Shown piece after piece: positions 13,888 to 28,100 of a stretch of DNA of 64,000 bases. Location: positions 111,476,001 through 111,540,000 of the forward strand of contig OX597818.1 of the NCBI GenBank assembly GCA_951406725.2, read 5' to 3'. Under the pieces are notes generated by a model that had not been told where the DNA came from, did not search any database, and saw only the letters and a program-made list of their open reading frames with translations. This DNA comes from Octopus vulgaris. Lineage: Eukaryota. Both the position numbers and the translations under genes were made by a program. The first letter of the stretch is position 1. Each line of letters begins with the position of its first letter.

Positions 13888-14085
13888 GGCGGCGAGCTGG
13901 CGGGATGGTTGCAGCGCCAGGCGAAACGCTTAGTGGTATTTCGCATGTTGCTATGTTCTGAGTTCAAATTCCGCCGAGGTCGACTTTGTCTTTCATCCTT
14001 TCGGCGTCGATAAAAGAAGAACCAGTTGATGTAACCGACTTATCTCCTCACCCGAAACTGCTGGCCTTGTGCTAAAATATAAAAT
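13888..14085 (+). mobile_element. SINE family A
   Basis: ggcggcgagctggc head, gagttcaaattcc B box, central g.ctttcatcctttcgg.gtcgataaa domain (overlaps a stretch with no RLE similarity). Confidence 0.85.
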
Positions 14086-14114
14086 CAGTATTTAGCCACT
14101 TTAACGATGTGATG

Positions 14115-14290
14115 CTGAGCAAAATGCCTAACGGTATTAAATCCCTCTTTCCGTTCTGAGTTCTAGCGCCTCCGCAGCCGACTTTGCCTTTCATCCTTCC
14201 GGAATCGATCAAATTAGTACCAGTTGTGCACGGGTGTCGATGTAATTGAATAGCCCCGTTTCAGGCCTTGTGCCTATATTAGAAAGGAAT
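14115..14290 (+). mobile_element. SINE family A, diverged
   Basis: gactttgcctttcatccttccggaatcgat...ggccttgtgcct. Confidence 0.7.
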
Positions 14291-14379
14291 ACTAATCTAA
14301 TTCATATTTAGTCCCCAAAGACGATACGAATGCACATGCATTACACTTATTCTCCGTTGTTTTCTATTATTCTTTATAC

Positions 14380-14794
14380 TCTTACTCTTTACTCTTTTAC
14401 ATGTTTCAGTCATTTGACTGCGGCCATGCTGGAGCACCGCCTTTAGTCGAGCAAATCGACCCCGGGACTTATTCTTTGTAAGCCCAGTACTTATTCTATC
14501 GGTCTCTTTTGCCGAACCGCTACGTAACGGGAACGTAAACACACCAGCATCGGTTGTCAAGCAATGCTAGGAGGACAAACACAGACACAAAAACACATAC
14601 ACACACATACATATATATATATACATATATACGACAGGCTTCTTTCAGTTTCCGTCTACCAAATCCACTCACAAGGCATTGGTCGGCCCGGGGCTATAGT
14701 AGAAGACACCTGCCCAAGATGCCACGCAGTAGGACTGAACCCGGAACCATGTGGTTGGTTAGCAAACTACTTACCACACAGCTACTCCTGCGCC
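14380..14794 (-). mobile_element. SINE family B, full length
   Basis: Complete reverse-complement copy from ggcgcaggagtagctgtgtgg to the (gagtaaa)n tail. Confidence 0.92.
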
Positions 14795-15540
14795 TATATT
14801 TATGTTTCTTTTATGAAATACACTTGGCTCTGCGTCTATAAATTACATTAGAATGATTACATAAGTGTTCTTTACAATCGATGATAGAGTATGTACACAC
14901 GAAAGTTTGCGGTCTCATTGCTTGCATCTTATGCGTCTATTTTTATTTTCACATCTGTACATATAGACGTTGTTTCCTGTATATTGTGATTCTTAACCGT
15001 AGGCAGCACCCACGCTCTCCAACACACACTCGCTTATGTATTTATGCATTTGTATATATATGTATATGTATACACAGTTTTGTATAACAAGTCTCTGATT
15101 TATTTTGGGAAAATTTCATGCTATCTCATTGTGTCGGAGGTTGCAGATTTCTAAGAAATAATGATATTTCGATTAAGATTTCAATGTAGATGTTACGTTT
15201 GAAATATGAGTTACAGCATCTATTTAATCTTATATAAGTCATATGTTAAATATACACCAACATTACAATATATAAGGAATGTAATGTAAAGTCAATGGTT
15301 TGTTGTGTCTTTTCAATGTATCTGATGTTAGTTTCACGTTGGTTTCCAAAACCGGCGTTCAGTTGTTTGAGCCAAAGAAGTACGTATTCGTCAGGGTCGT
15401 GGAGTTAATGGTTGTGTAATTCAGAAGTTTGTTTTAGGGTTGACGTAAGTTCTTTTTTCTTTTTTTGAATGAGAAGTATTGAAGCTGTGGCGAATGGATT
15501 ACATCTTTTTGTGGATGGCAATTATTACTTTCTTTACTAG

Positions 15541-15690
15541 GCGCAGGAGTGGATATTTGGTTAGAAGTTTGCTTTACAATCACATGGTTCTGAGTTCAGT
15601 CCCACAAAGTAGCACTTTGTGAAAGTACCTGCTAATATATTTAGCTTGGGTCGTCCAAAGCCTTGTGAGTGGGTTTGGTAGAAGCCCGCT
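15541..15690 (+). mobile_element. SINE family B, 5' half
   Basis: ggcgcaggagtgg...gagttcagtccc...ccttgtgagtggg. Confidence 0.75.
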
Positions 15691-16157
15691 GTGTGTGTGT
15701 ATATATATACACATGCATATTGAGCCACATTATCCAATATGACCTCCGTTTACAAGACAATGGTAGTATAATTGTGACTGTTTTGTTCTCGGAGGGAGGT
15801 CTAGTGACCAGAAAGTAAGCAGAAGTAATCTGACTGATTTACAAAATTACGCTAACAGTCGTTTTGTATGAGTTAATCCAGGAAGTGATGCTACTTAAGC
15901 TATTTTTGTTACATAAGGGATTGGACCTTTATGCAACCAATTACGATATATAATTTTGGTTTGTACAACAATGGGAAGAAAATTGAATTCATACTTTATC
16001 ACGTGATAGACTAAAACTACAGTATATTATTATACATAGCTGGTCACAATACATTTACGTCGTTTAATTAACTTTTGAAAGAGGCTGGAGGCAAGGCGAG
16101 CAGGCCAACATTCTACCTAATCAAAATGCTGGTCCGTCGCAGGGTTAAACATTTACA

Positions 16158-16288
16158 GCTGACCGGATTGGAGTAACGAGGAATGTAAAGTTTAGCTCAA
16201 GGACACAACGCGTCACTCTGGCTGGAAATCGAACCGACAATTGCGAGATCGTGAGTGCGACGTCCTTATCACTGGCCACGCGCCTTCA
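16158..16288 (-). mobile_element. SINE family C, 5' part
   Basis: gctcaaggacacaacg...ggaaatcgaacc...gatcgtgagtgcga...ggccacgcgcc is a reversed tRNA-like head. Confidence 0.6.
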
Positions 16289-17078
16289 CAATTCAATTCA
16301 TAATTGATAATATCTCAAAAGTGATTATTCGCATCGATAAAAAGTCTACATTAATCAGTTTTCAAGTTTCGAAGACTTAGATGTTGAGATCAAATTTCCA
16401 GCCAATCAGCAGAAACGTTACAAAAATGTGACAACTCGATAACACAATTGATCCATTGCAGTTGCCGTATTACGTGATTGAAGACCAAGATGTCTGCTGA
16501 AGATAACATGTCTTCGGTGAAAGCTGTTTTGTGGTTAAATTTTGTTTAAATTATGCCGTTCTTTCGATGAAAAGCAATTATATTAAATTTTAAAACGTCA
16601 CTGGAAACCGATTGGTTGATTTCACGACTGAGATTCAAATTCTGTTGCAAACAGAATGAAACAGTCACCGAAAACTTTAAGTCACGACGAATCTGCGATC
16701 TTTTGTTATTTATAAACGTGTTTGTTTACAAAAACAATGCCATAACCGTATCAGGTTCTGGTCATGCTGCACTGGTTTGGCAGCGAGTCAACGATGGATT
16801 CTTTCAGTCATTAGACTGCGGCCATGCTGGGGCAAACCATGAGGAATTTTAGTCGAAAGAATCGAACCCAGTACTTAGTTTCTTGTAGTCTAGCACTCAA
16901 GGGAATAATGGAGCGATGATGGATTTACTTGTAATGGAACTTCATTTTAACGACGAAAAAATAGACACCTGATTACTTTTGAAAACAAAATACATTTAGA
17001 AGCTAGTTTCTACGTGAAACAAAACTATTGACATCTACATCAGTTCTGTTAGTTGTGGCTAAAAACAGTATAGATGCA

Positions 17079-17312
17079 TGTTTCTTTATTACCCACAAGG
17101 GGCTAAACACAGAGAGGACAAACAAGGACAGACAAACGGATTAAGTCGATTACATCCATCCCAGTGCGTAACTGGTACTTAATTTATCGACCTCGAAAGG
17201 ATGAAAGGCAAAGTCGACCTCGGCGGAATTTGAACCCAGAACGTAACGGCAGACGAAATACCGCTAAGCATTTCGCTCGGCATGCTAACGTTTCTGCCAG
17301 CTCGCTGCCTTT
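17079..17312 (-). mobile_element. SINE family A, tail type 1, with 17-bp TSD
   Basis: Full copy flanked by aaaacagtatagatgca at 17062-17078 and 17313-17329. Confidence 0.93.
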
Positions 17313-18341
17313 AAAACAGTATAGATGCAGATTTGTCCATTTGTCCATATGAGAAGCGCACAGAAGATCACGATACTTTTTCTTTTCTACACCAGTTATA
17401 ATAATGAAGCCTGCAGCCCTGACCACGATTTACATTTTTGTTACTTTAGCTTATATGTGGCATCATCCCTAGTTGGATGGATTACATTTATTCACCAGCT
17501 CTGAAACTGTTTGTGGATTCTTTGTGAAAGGGAAGAAGGTATCTTTCCAAATAATGGTCAAACTCGAGCGCTACATATATCTCTCTCAAGTGCTCGGTAC
17601 ATATTTCAGTTGATTTCATAACCTAGTTTCTTATTTGGGTTTGTCACTGTCAAGAGAAATCTTGAGACGTGTTGCTAAATATCACATGTCCCGACTTCAT
17701 GCACGCACATAGTCACTCCTTTAAAAGAAAGACTTTATTGTGCAACACGACGCTAGTAATTATACACTAATTATTATCCAGGTGTATTTCATTGCTGCTT
17801 TGGGACAATTATGAAAATAGTCCTGTGTCGAAATGAAATGGGATATTATCGGAATTGGAGAGATTTCTACCAGTTCCAGATAATATTTTGGAACTGGTTA
17901 AATCGAGTTGCCAGAAAGGCAATTGCAAGCATTAGCCGAAATTGGAAGCCGAAATTGAGCCGAAATTGAACCGAAATTGGAAATTGCAAAAACATGAGCC
18001 GAAATTGGAAGATATCGCCATAAGCTTCATACTATTTTTTAAAAATCGGAATGCAATAAACAGGAGGAGTATTTAGGTGCTCAGTTCTCTAAAAAATTGC
18101 AGCCGAACCTACTGCATTTGATAACGAGGGACGGGACTCTGATGGTGAGCGTTTATAACAATGTTTATTGACCCTCTTAAATACCTTGTTTTACAGTATT
18201 AAATTCAAGGACTACACTAAATACACAAGCAGAAATAAAATTTATCACCCCATTGTCGATCTTGTTGAACTTTGTCCCAAATAAATACGAACAATCCTTT
18301 TTTTAACAACAACAACAACAACAACGATAACAACCACAACA

Positions 18342-18405
<64 letters not shown>

Positions 18406-19337
18406 CGTCGTCGGTGCCGTCGTGCATTCGTAATTTTCATGTTATATTGATGAAAGTGAATAAAACTTAAGACAATAAATTGTCAAGGCTTTTATTTTCT
18501 GGTGGCGTCAGCGGCCATAAATATTTCTCATTTCGGGAGAATGGAGGGACGTCGTCAGAGAATTTTTTTTGCTTATAGTTTTATTTTTGAATGTATTTTA
18601 ATGTTTATCTTTTGCTTGTTTCAGTCATGTAACTGAGGCCAGGCTGGAGCACTGCCTGGAAGAATCTTTAGTCGAATGAATCGTCTCCAGTGCTTCTCTT
18701 CTTTTTGTTTGTTTTCTTTTAAACCTGGTGCTTTATTCAATCGACGTGCTAACGATTCTGCCAGCCCGCCACCTTGCATCAAATGGACATTAAAATAAAA
18801 CTGTACAAAGCTGTGTACAAGCTGTCTTTAGATGTATTTAAATTTTCTTCAGGTGTGTCTATGGAAGTAGCCTTTACAAACAATCTACGTTGACATCACA
18901 CCTGTTGCATGGATCTGTGAAATAAACTTGGAAATGGCAAAGATATCACAATAAAGACGACCTTATATCACCACGTGAAAAACATGTTTCGACTTCAAAA
19001 TGGTAATTCAACTTTGTCTCTGTTACCCTTTCTCTTCCTCTTACGCTATCTATCGTTCAGCTTCTACTGGTTTTTGTCATTGGACTGCAGCCATGCTGTG
19101 GAGTTAACCTTTAATTTTAGTCCAACAAATCGACCCCAGTACTTATCTTATTAAAGTCTGGCACTTATTTATCCTATCAGTATCGTGTACCGCACCGCGA
19201 TATACATACAAAAAAATACCCTGTTGTTGATGTGAAATTCCAATGAAGGAGTCTTGGATCTAGGTTAGAAACCGGTTCTTTCTCTATCGGCAAGAAATCT
19301 TGAAATAAACTGAATAATGACATACATACATATACAC

Positions 19338-19404
<67 letters not shown>

Positions 19405-20249
19405 CATGCATACATACATATATATATATTATAGATAAATGGGAATTTATGTATTTCTGCGTGTTATCATCTTGTTGCCTATACTAGTCAAACAGTCTTC
19501 ACGAAACTTTGCATACATGTTAAACTAACATCCAGTTCAGTTATAGGCTAATTAGATTTCAATAAAAATCGATAATGGGCCTCCTGCAGGGGTTGGGCTA
19601 TAATATGATAAAATGAGAATGGTGCAAAGAGTGTTAGGTTGAGGAAAATGTGGCGGCATAATGTGGGTGGCTGATATCAGGGAAGAGGAGGAGACAAGAA
19701 GAGACGGAGAGAGAGAAAGAGAGAACGAGAGACAGGTACAGAGCGGGAGAAAGAGAATATGTTTACTAAAGAGAACAGCGAATTTTAATACTCGGTTCTT
19801 TAATTTTTACCTCTCAATTAACGCATGCGCTTTAGTGAATTAACTATCGTCTGCTCAATCGAAACTTTTGCAATATGTCCAACAACAGATGTGAAGCTAA
19901 CAAGTGAAAGGTAAAGTGTTTTTATATTTGTTTTCAGATCACCGTATTAAGATTTATGAAAACTTTAGCAACGTACTGAAACAATAAATCTATAGATAAG
20001 GTCTTGCATATTGTTCCATAGCTAAAACTGTTTCATTCTTAACATAAATTGGAAAATAACACACAACTCAAACTAGAAGACCTAAGAACATAAAACATTC
20101 AGAGTTGCTTCTTTACAGAGTTGCCCCTTCAATACTACTTATATGGAATTTTCCATCATCTCAAGATTCTAATGGCTCAGAAAAATATTCAATTCCATCT
20201 TCCAATTCTCAAAATAACCATAGAACTTTCCACGGGCTACTACTACTAC

Positions 20250-20283
<34 letters not shown>

Positions 20284-20284
20284 G

Positions 20285-20339
<55 letters not shown>

Positions 20340-20341
20340 CA

Positions 20342-20410
<69 letters not shown>

Positions 20411-20426
20411 GTTCTATATATACATC

Positions 20427-20457
<31 letters not shown>

Positions 20458-22977
20458 CCTTTGTGTTCTGTTTTTAATTTTATTTGATATATTCTCTCTC
20501 ACCTCTGCCACTATCTGGCATATACCGGTGCTTACACTTATCAAGTATTCACCCTAAATTTACAGTACCTATATATAGTAACTATATAGCCCGTCGTTGT
20601 CGGGAAGTTTTTACAATAGAATGTCTCATATAAATTTTTATTTATTGCATGTCAAACCATAACCTCTTCCTTAGGACAGATTTGTGCAATTTTTCGCATA
20701 AAACTTCGTTGACGATCTTTTTTCCTTTTAAAATTATTTACATATTTCTTCGACACTTTCACATGACTTTATTCATTAAAACATATTAAAACTTATTAAA
20801 ACTTATTAAAACTTCGAAAGTTCATATAACTTTGGTCACCGTAATGCTTTGCCTTCGTTTGTTTAGTTCTCGTAATGATTTTGCTTTCATTTTGTGATAG
20901 AAAGCTATTATGCAGAAAATTCCAGCTTCCAAATTCTGTTTTCTGATTAGATAAAATTGATTAAACTTTTAAACCCCAGTAACATTTTACATGAATTATT
21001 CTGGAACAAATGAATAACAAAATCGGATTTAACGTGCAAAAATTATTTCAATATACCAAATTTGAAAATTTTGTCGTAATTTTAAATTTTCACAATGTGA
21101 TAGCAACAGGGAAGACCCTACAAAATAGAGAGACGGATAGTTACTCGCAACCACGCCACCTACAATACGTAGATTGTCTTAAATCGACGGGTTGGGCACC
21201 ACGTTAACTGAACAAGAAACGGGTTAGGACATGAAACAGTGCAATGGTAAACGGGAACTGGGAATAAACCCCGCTTTCCCCGTATTACCGGTCAACTCAT
21301 TTTACTTACATGCATATTTGTTCATTAAAATAATGGCATTCTTTCGTTATAACCCGCACAGCTGTCAAACTTCAATCATACAGGACCACATGATTGTTCG
21401 TTAATTTCCGTAAAAAGCTTTTATTTATTTGCTTTTGTATTAAAGTGAAAGAGAGGTGAAAGTGAAAAATGTATGTACGTGTATATTAAATGGCAGTGGG
21501 TGTGTTTGTGTGTGTGTGTATGTTTGTGTGTGTGTTTGTGTATGCTTGTGTTTGTGTTTGTGTGTGTGTGTATGCTTGTGTGTGTGTTTGTGTTTGTGTG
21601 CGTGTGTTTGTGTGTTTGTGTGTGTTTTTGTGTGTGTGTCTTTGTGTGTGTGTTTATGTGTGTGTGTGTGAGAGAGAATGAATAAAGGGATGTGTTGTCT
21701 TCAATACGTACATGCCTAAATACATATGCATACATCTTTTTTGTTTGTATGTGTGTGTGTATGAGACAAAGAGAGAGAGAGAGAGAGTGAGAGAGAGAGA
21801 GTGAGAGAGAGAGAGAGTGAGTGCCACTTAGACATTACTTTCGCTCTCTCTCTGTCTCGCACACACACACACACACACACATACAAAAAAGATGTATGCA
21901 TATATATACATGTACGTACTTATACATGACAACACACGCCTTCACTCACTCTATCTCTGGGTGACTCGAAGTCTCGCAAGCTACACCATCATCCGACGAT
22001 AGTTTAGCTGGCCGCAACTTCGAAGTGACTCTCAACAACATTCTTGTTTAAAAACAATAACTTTTTTCTCTACAAAACTATAGAGTGACCGATTAGATTA
22101 CTTTAAGACTAATTTCATTGGAACTGAACATAAAAAAAACAAATGCATGTACGTCCGTCCGTCCCTCCGTACGTACATACGTATGTATGTATGTATGTAT
22201 GTATGTATGTATGTATGTATGTATGTATGTATGTATGTATGTATGCATGCATGCATGTATGTATGCATGTATGTATGTATTTATGTATGTATGTATGTAT
22301 GTATGTATGTATGTATGTGTGTGTGTGTATATATGAATGATGGCTGTTCACTGGTGGCTGATGAAGAGGGTCACTGCCCATTGCCCATTTAAAATGACAG
22401 CAAAGTCTGTGCATACCATTATTGCACTCGCGATCAGCTTCATCTGGGCTTCCGCTCGACCGGGTGTAGGACTGGGAGAAGGAAACTCGCCGGCAATCGT
22501 GCAACCGAAAATTTTAGGTCCAAAAGCGCTTGAAAAATACCTGGTAGGCCCTCGCCACCCTACTGTCATGATTCAGAGACAAGCCAGTGTAAGATAGTCA
22601 GTGCCAATATGGGTCACAGGCTCAGGAATGTGGGAACTCGATGGTCTCGAGTGTAAGTAAAAGTCCTCCGAAATACCCATTGCCATTTCCTGCTTATCCG
22701 GTTTTATATCAGTGTGACCTTTTCCCCGAGACGTAGTTTAAACCTGAGGGGTACGTCAGTCCCAGTGGTCTTCCCGCATATCAGATACTATCCAGCTACT
22801 GAGCACAGAAACTCTGCTGTTGTCGACAGAATCCATCGAACTCAGTTAGGCACTTTACTGTATGCCGTCCCTAACGATTTGCATTTGAGCTGTATGAACA
22901 TATGCATACATACATACATACATACATACATACATACATACATACATACATACATACATACATACATACACACACAC

Positions 22978-23011
<34 letters not shown>

Positions 23012-23137
23012 ACATATCTATCCATCTATGTATGTATGTATGTATCTACAAAACTACCTACCTATCTACCTACCTACCTACCTACCTACCTACCTACCTA
23101 CCTACCTACCTACCTACCTACCTACCTACCTATCTAC

Positions 23138-23214
<77 letters not shown>

Positions 23215-23907
23215 AAGCGAATATATGCATATACATACATATATACATACATGCATACACATATACATACATACGTACCTATATATACATATGTATGTAT
23301 GTATGTATGTATGTATATATGCATAAGAAAACACGCGAAGAAAAAGGTTTATGAACGGGAAGAAAGAACCTCTACTAGGATCACCCATTCTTTTAACAGG
23401 TCTTGTTTTGAGTCCTGCTTTGGTTTCCCGCAATCCTTCTCACCACAGAAGCATTGTGATCTAAGTGGAGATAACTACTCCGAAGTGCTTGCACCTTACA
23501 GTCTGGATAGGTGGCGCTCCGAGCTCATCTCTAGGTGTATACACACCATTTGTCAGTAAACGAGATATATTTTCCGTGACAAAATGCAGTGAGTAGCTTG
23601 TTCACCGGTTCGAAAGTGCCTCAAGTATATTCGAAATGATAATTACATAACATATTGAGTAAAGCTGTATGTAGAATACATCTTCTTCATTTTTCATAAC
23701 CAAAATGCAGATTATAATTAGGGTTACGTATGAGACAGAAAAGATTTTCTCTCTGAAGAAAAAACTCAATAATGCCATAAACATTACCTGTATTTATTAT
23801 ATATCAATATTTCTGTGTGTTTTTTTTACATGTAGAATGAAATACAAAAAAAATCTCGATTATAATAAATTACCTGCCCCGTATATTTTACAGGGTGATG
23901 TAGCAGC

Positions 23908-23948
<41 letters not shown>

Positions 23949-24344
23949 TGTATACGTATACGTATCTAAATTCATGCAAATAAAAATATGTATATATATT
24001 TTTATGTGCCCATAATGCATTATGTATATAATGTCGATATGAAGGTATGAATTAAACATACAGTGTAAAAAGGTCGGGAAAATATTTTTCAATAATATAT
24101 TTCAAGTAAAACTTGTCATGTGGCTAGGCCAACACATCCATCACTCGTTGACATTTTAATATTTTCGTTTCGCGGCTTAAGTGAAAAACTTGCTGACACG
24201 TTGAGGAGCAATGGATGATCTATTGACAGACTGTCTAGAGAGAAGGTAGTTAACAGTTGTTGCTTGCGATACGCATTATGTTCACGTAGAGAGTGTGGGA
24301 GAGAGAGAGCGAATATGCATAGACACATACATACATACATATGG

Positions 24345-24398
<54 letters not shown>

Positions 24399-24545
24399 GT
24401 ATATGTATATATACGTGTATGTATGTATGTATGTATGTATAGACACACACGTACATATACACAGACACACAAACACACACACATACTACATACAAAGCAG
24501 CAAATATAATTACATAGTTTGACAAAAATACACTTATGCATTCAT

Positions 24546-24596
<51 letters not shown>

Positions 24597-24624
24597 CGTA
24601 CGTGTGTGTGTGTGTGCGTGTGTG

Positions 24625-24821
24625 TGACCGCGTGTGTATCGCTGGCGATTTTCTTTCTGTCTTCCCTTCTTTGGACTTTTTTCTATATCTCTGACGAAGA
24701 GCTCCGCTCGAAACATGAAATCCTCTTTCTTTTCCTTCCTTTCCTGAACATCCAATAACACTGTACTTATTCCACGTCCTCGCGTTGTTGTTTTTTCTTG
24801 GTTGTTCATGTTTGGTTTGAC

Positions 24822-24822
<1 letters not shown>
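24625..24822 (+). mobile_element. Penelope-like pLTR fragment
   Basis: Carries a minimal hammerhead motif; family members at 3650 and 45283; 3' end abuts (TA)n. Confidence 0.7.
24688..24721 (+). ncRNA. Minimal type-I hammerhead ribozyme motif
   Basis: CTGACGA-A-GAGC(tcc)GCTC-GAAAC: canonical CUGANGA box, stem II and GAAA box. Confidence 0.7.
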
Positions 24823-24883
<61 letters not shown>

Positions 24884-25631
24884 CACACGCACATATGTAT
24901 AGACATATGTGTGTACGTGTGTATGTATGTGTCGTCTGTGTGTGTGTGTGCATGGAGATATGAAGAGAGGATTAGATAAGCACACTCGAACTTGTGAAAA
25001 AGAAGGAAAACTAATCACGTGCTTCCAGAGCTAATATCTATTTGTGTGTGTACGTATATATTACATACATATATATTACATGCGCACATACATAAACATA
25101 TACATTCACACATTCACACACACACACACACATATATAATTATATATATATATATCTATATATATATATGTATATATATATATATGTCTATACACACACA
25201 CACACACACACATATATATATCTATATAATTATATATATATATATATATGTATATATAAATATATATATATATATAGTTAGATAGGCAGAAGACAGTTAA
25301 ATAGATGGATAGATAGATACATAGAGTTACACATTACTTTTAGAAGTCGTGTTTAGTAATAAACTATATTCTACCATCACCAATAATTATAACTGACGCT
25401 TGAAAATTGATTTCAGTTCTTAATCACAAATCTACAAAGTTTTTGATGTTATCTTGAGATCGAGAAACTTTGTAAAAAATTTAAAATTTAATGAGCTTGT
25501 ATTTTTTGAAAAATATGCACAATAACTTTCCAGTCTATCGTGTATGAAAGCATATTTATGTCCAAAGATATCGACAGGCAAGAGACAGATAAAATCAGAA
25601 AAACTTCACAAATTCAACACTTTCTACGTTG

Positions 25632-25825
25632 GTTTCAGATTTTTGCACAAGGATAGCAATTTCGGGGGAGGGTTAACTCAATCACATCGATCTTAGTGAT
25701 CAACTGGTGCTTATTTTATTGATCCCGAAAGGTTGAATTGCAAAGTGAGCCTCGGTGGAATTTGAGCTCACAATGCCGCCGAATATTTTATTCGGCGTGC
25801 TAACGATTCTGCCGGCTCGCCACCT
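25632..25825 (-). mobile_element. SINE family A, diverged, tail type 2
   Basis: ctcggtggaatttgagctc...gtgctaacgattctgccggctcgccacc. Confidence 0.75.
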
Positions 25826-25969
25826 TTCAACCCTTTATATCTTGAGATTAAGAATTACTTATTTTTTAGACAAAGGCTACAATATCTTAATTGCCATCCG
25901 CTGTGGCCTGTTTTGCAGCAGATACTGTTTAACACTGTTTCTACGCTACTTTGACGTCGTTTGATATAC

Positions 25970-26022
<53 letters not shown>

Positions 26023-26124
26023 TATATATAGATATGTATATATAGATAGTGAGAATTTACAAAAAAAACAAACAAACAAACAAAAGACGGGTGTATGTTA
26101 GTTTAACGCTCGGGAAGTGAGAAA

Positions 26125-26164
26125 ATCTTTTACGTTTCGAGCCTATGCTCTTCGACAGAAAAGA
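26125..26164 (-). ncRNA. Minimal hammerhead-like motif within a Penelope-like fragment (about 26060-26210)
   Basis: Minus strand: TCTTTT-CTGTCGA-A-GAGC(atag)GCTC-GAAACGT-AAAAGA; stems I and II intact, one core substitution. Confidence 0.6.
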
Positions 26165-26222
26165 ACACAGAAATAAACAGGGAGAGAAAATAGAGAGAAA
26201 ATAGCGATATGTATATACATAC

Positions 26223-26258
<36 letters not shown>

Positions 26259-26919
26259 GTATGTGTGTGTGTATGTATATATATATATATATACACATAT
26301 ATATGTGTGTGTGTATATGTATATATAAAGATAATAGTAGTGTAGTATTATTATTAGTAGTAGTAGTAGCAGTGGTAGTAGTAGTAGTAGTATGTAAGCA
26401 AGCACTCTAAAAGAACGTCGCTGCATCGACCATTTGTTGATGATTCCCTGCTACTGCTCGCAGATGACACCTTTGCACCACTCAGTGACAACCCTCCAAC
26501 ACAAGGGTCTGTTTGAGTAGTCGTTGTGGGTGAGGTTTTGAAGAGGGCGGAGTGCAAATTCTTTGCAACCAATTTTAACCGCCATTTACGACACGCACAT
26601 GGAGAACGTTGCGTCGGTCTTTGGCATGCCGCACCCCACCACACAGTATTAGAACAACGTAAAATGTTGCGTTTCAATTAAGGACAAAACACGCCACCCG
26701 ATCCAGGAAACGAACCCACGATCTAGCGATCGTGTATGCAGCAACATAACGACAAGACTACACACACACACATGCACACATATTTCTACACATATATTAT
26801 ATGCATGTGTACATACATACATTTATATATAAATTACATACACACACACATTTATATATATATATTATATATTTATATCAAATATATAAATATATTATAT
26901 GTATATATATGTATATGTA

Positions 26920-26963
<44 letters not shown>

Positions 26964-27101
26964 TGTATTCAAGAGCGCAATTGAGCGCATACACACACAT
27001 TTATATATATATTATATATTTATATTATATATATATATGAATATATGTACGTGTATATATTTTTATGTATACGTATATATATGTATATGTATATGTATAT
27101 G

Positions 27102-27216
<115 letters not shown>

Positions 27217-27249
27217 TCAGGAGCGCAATTGTAAATGACAGTATACATT

Positions 27250-27480
27250 GATATAACGATGTTTCGACGGTTCTTATAACCCTTCATAAGCACAACATCT
27301 CGTTTGATGGATATCTTTTCGTTGTTATTTCCTTTCTTCATAATGGATGCCATTCCTTGCATCTTTATTTCTTTACAATATCTCGCCAAGCTCTTAATAT
27401 CTTTCAAGATTTAATTCTTTTTCTTATAGAAACCTCAATTTTGATGGTTGCAATATATTTAGAATTTCCCTCGATTCTGC
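27250..27480 (-). mobile_element. Possible degenerate Penelope-like 3' end
   Basis: [14 protein letters not shown] resembles the PLE endonuclease-region pattern T.LSKY.W.LK..G; followed by CTTATGA-AG-GGTT..AACC-GTC-GAAAC. Confidence 0.35.
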
Positions 27481-27879
27481 ATTAACAACCAGATAGCTAT
27501 CAATCCTTGTCTGCGATCGTTATTTTGGTTGTCTTATCATCGAAAGTATTGACCTATAATAATTTCGGATTAAATATTTCAGTCATTTATGATTCTTGCA
27601 GACGATGGTGTTACTGGAATATTTCGTTGATTCAAGAAAATATTACACCAAAGAAATTTTAGTGTTTAACATCTTCCATAGTTGCGAACACAAATAATAA
27701 ATTTTATCAAGATCACTTGACTTGGCTTCTTGGGTAAATATCTTGAAAGGTAGTCTTGAGTTGATCGAAGCCTTGTGAGTGAAGCTGCGTAGACGGAATG
27801 TATGGAAGCCCGTCGGATAAAATGCTTTCCCTAATTGAAATGCCCAGCTTGCCTTTACAGTGTTCTACGATTTAGGCTT

Positions 27880-28100
27880 ACTCTTTTACTCTTCCACTTG
27901 TTTCAGTCATTTGACTGCGGCCATGCTGGAGCACCGCCTTTTAGTCGAACAAATCGACCACAGGACTTATTCTTTGTAAGCTTTGTACTTATTCTATCGG
28001 TCTGTTTTGCTGAACAGTTTAGTTATGGGGACATAAACACACCAACATCGGTTTTGCAACGATGGTGTGCGTGTGGGGGACAAACACAGACACAAAGACA
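27880..28100 (-). mobile_element. SINE family B, 3' half
   Basis: tttcagtcatttgactgcggccatgctggagcaccgcc... Confidence 0.85.

Noticed and set aside
18853-19002. Candidate + strand exon (ttcttcag acceptor, gtaatt donor)
   Set aside because: All three frames contain stops and nothing else supports it
19430-20615. Possible non-autonomous Helitron (gaaactttgcatacatg core; gcccgtcgttgtcggg hairpin)
   Set aside because: No clear TC start or CTRR end and no second copy in the window, so too weak to call
22714-23559. 281-aa ORF and the many YI/HT/CV-repeat ORFs across the window
   Set aside because: Products of (TA)n, (CA)n, (TACA)n and (TACC)n microsatellites
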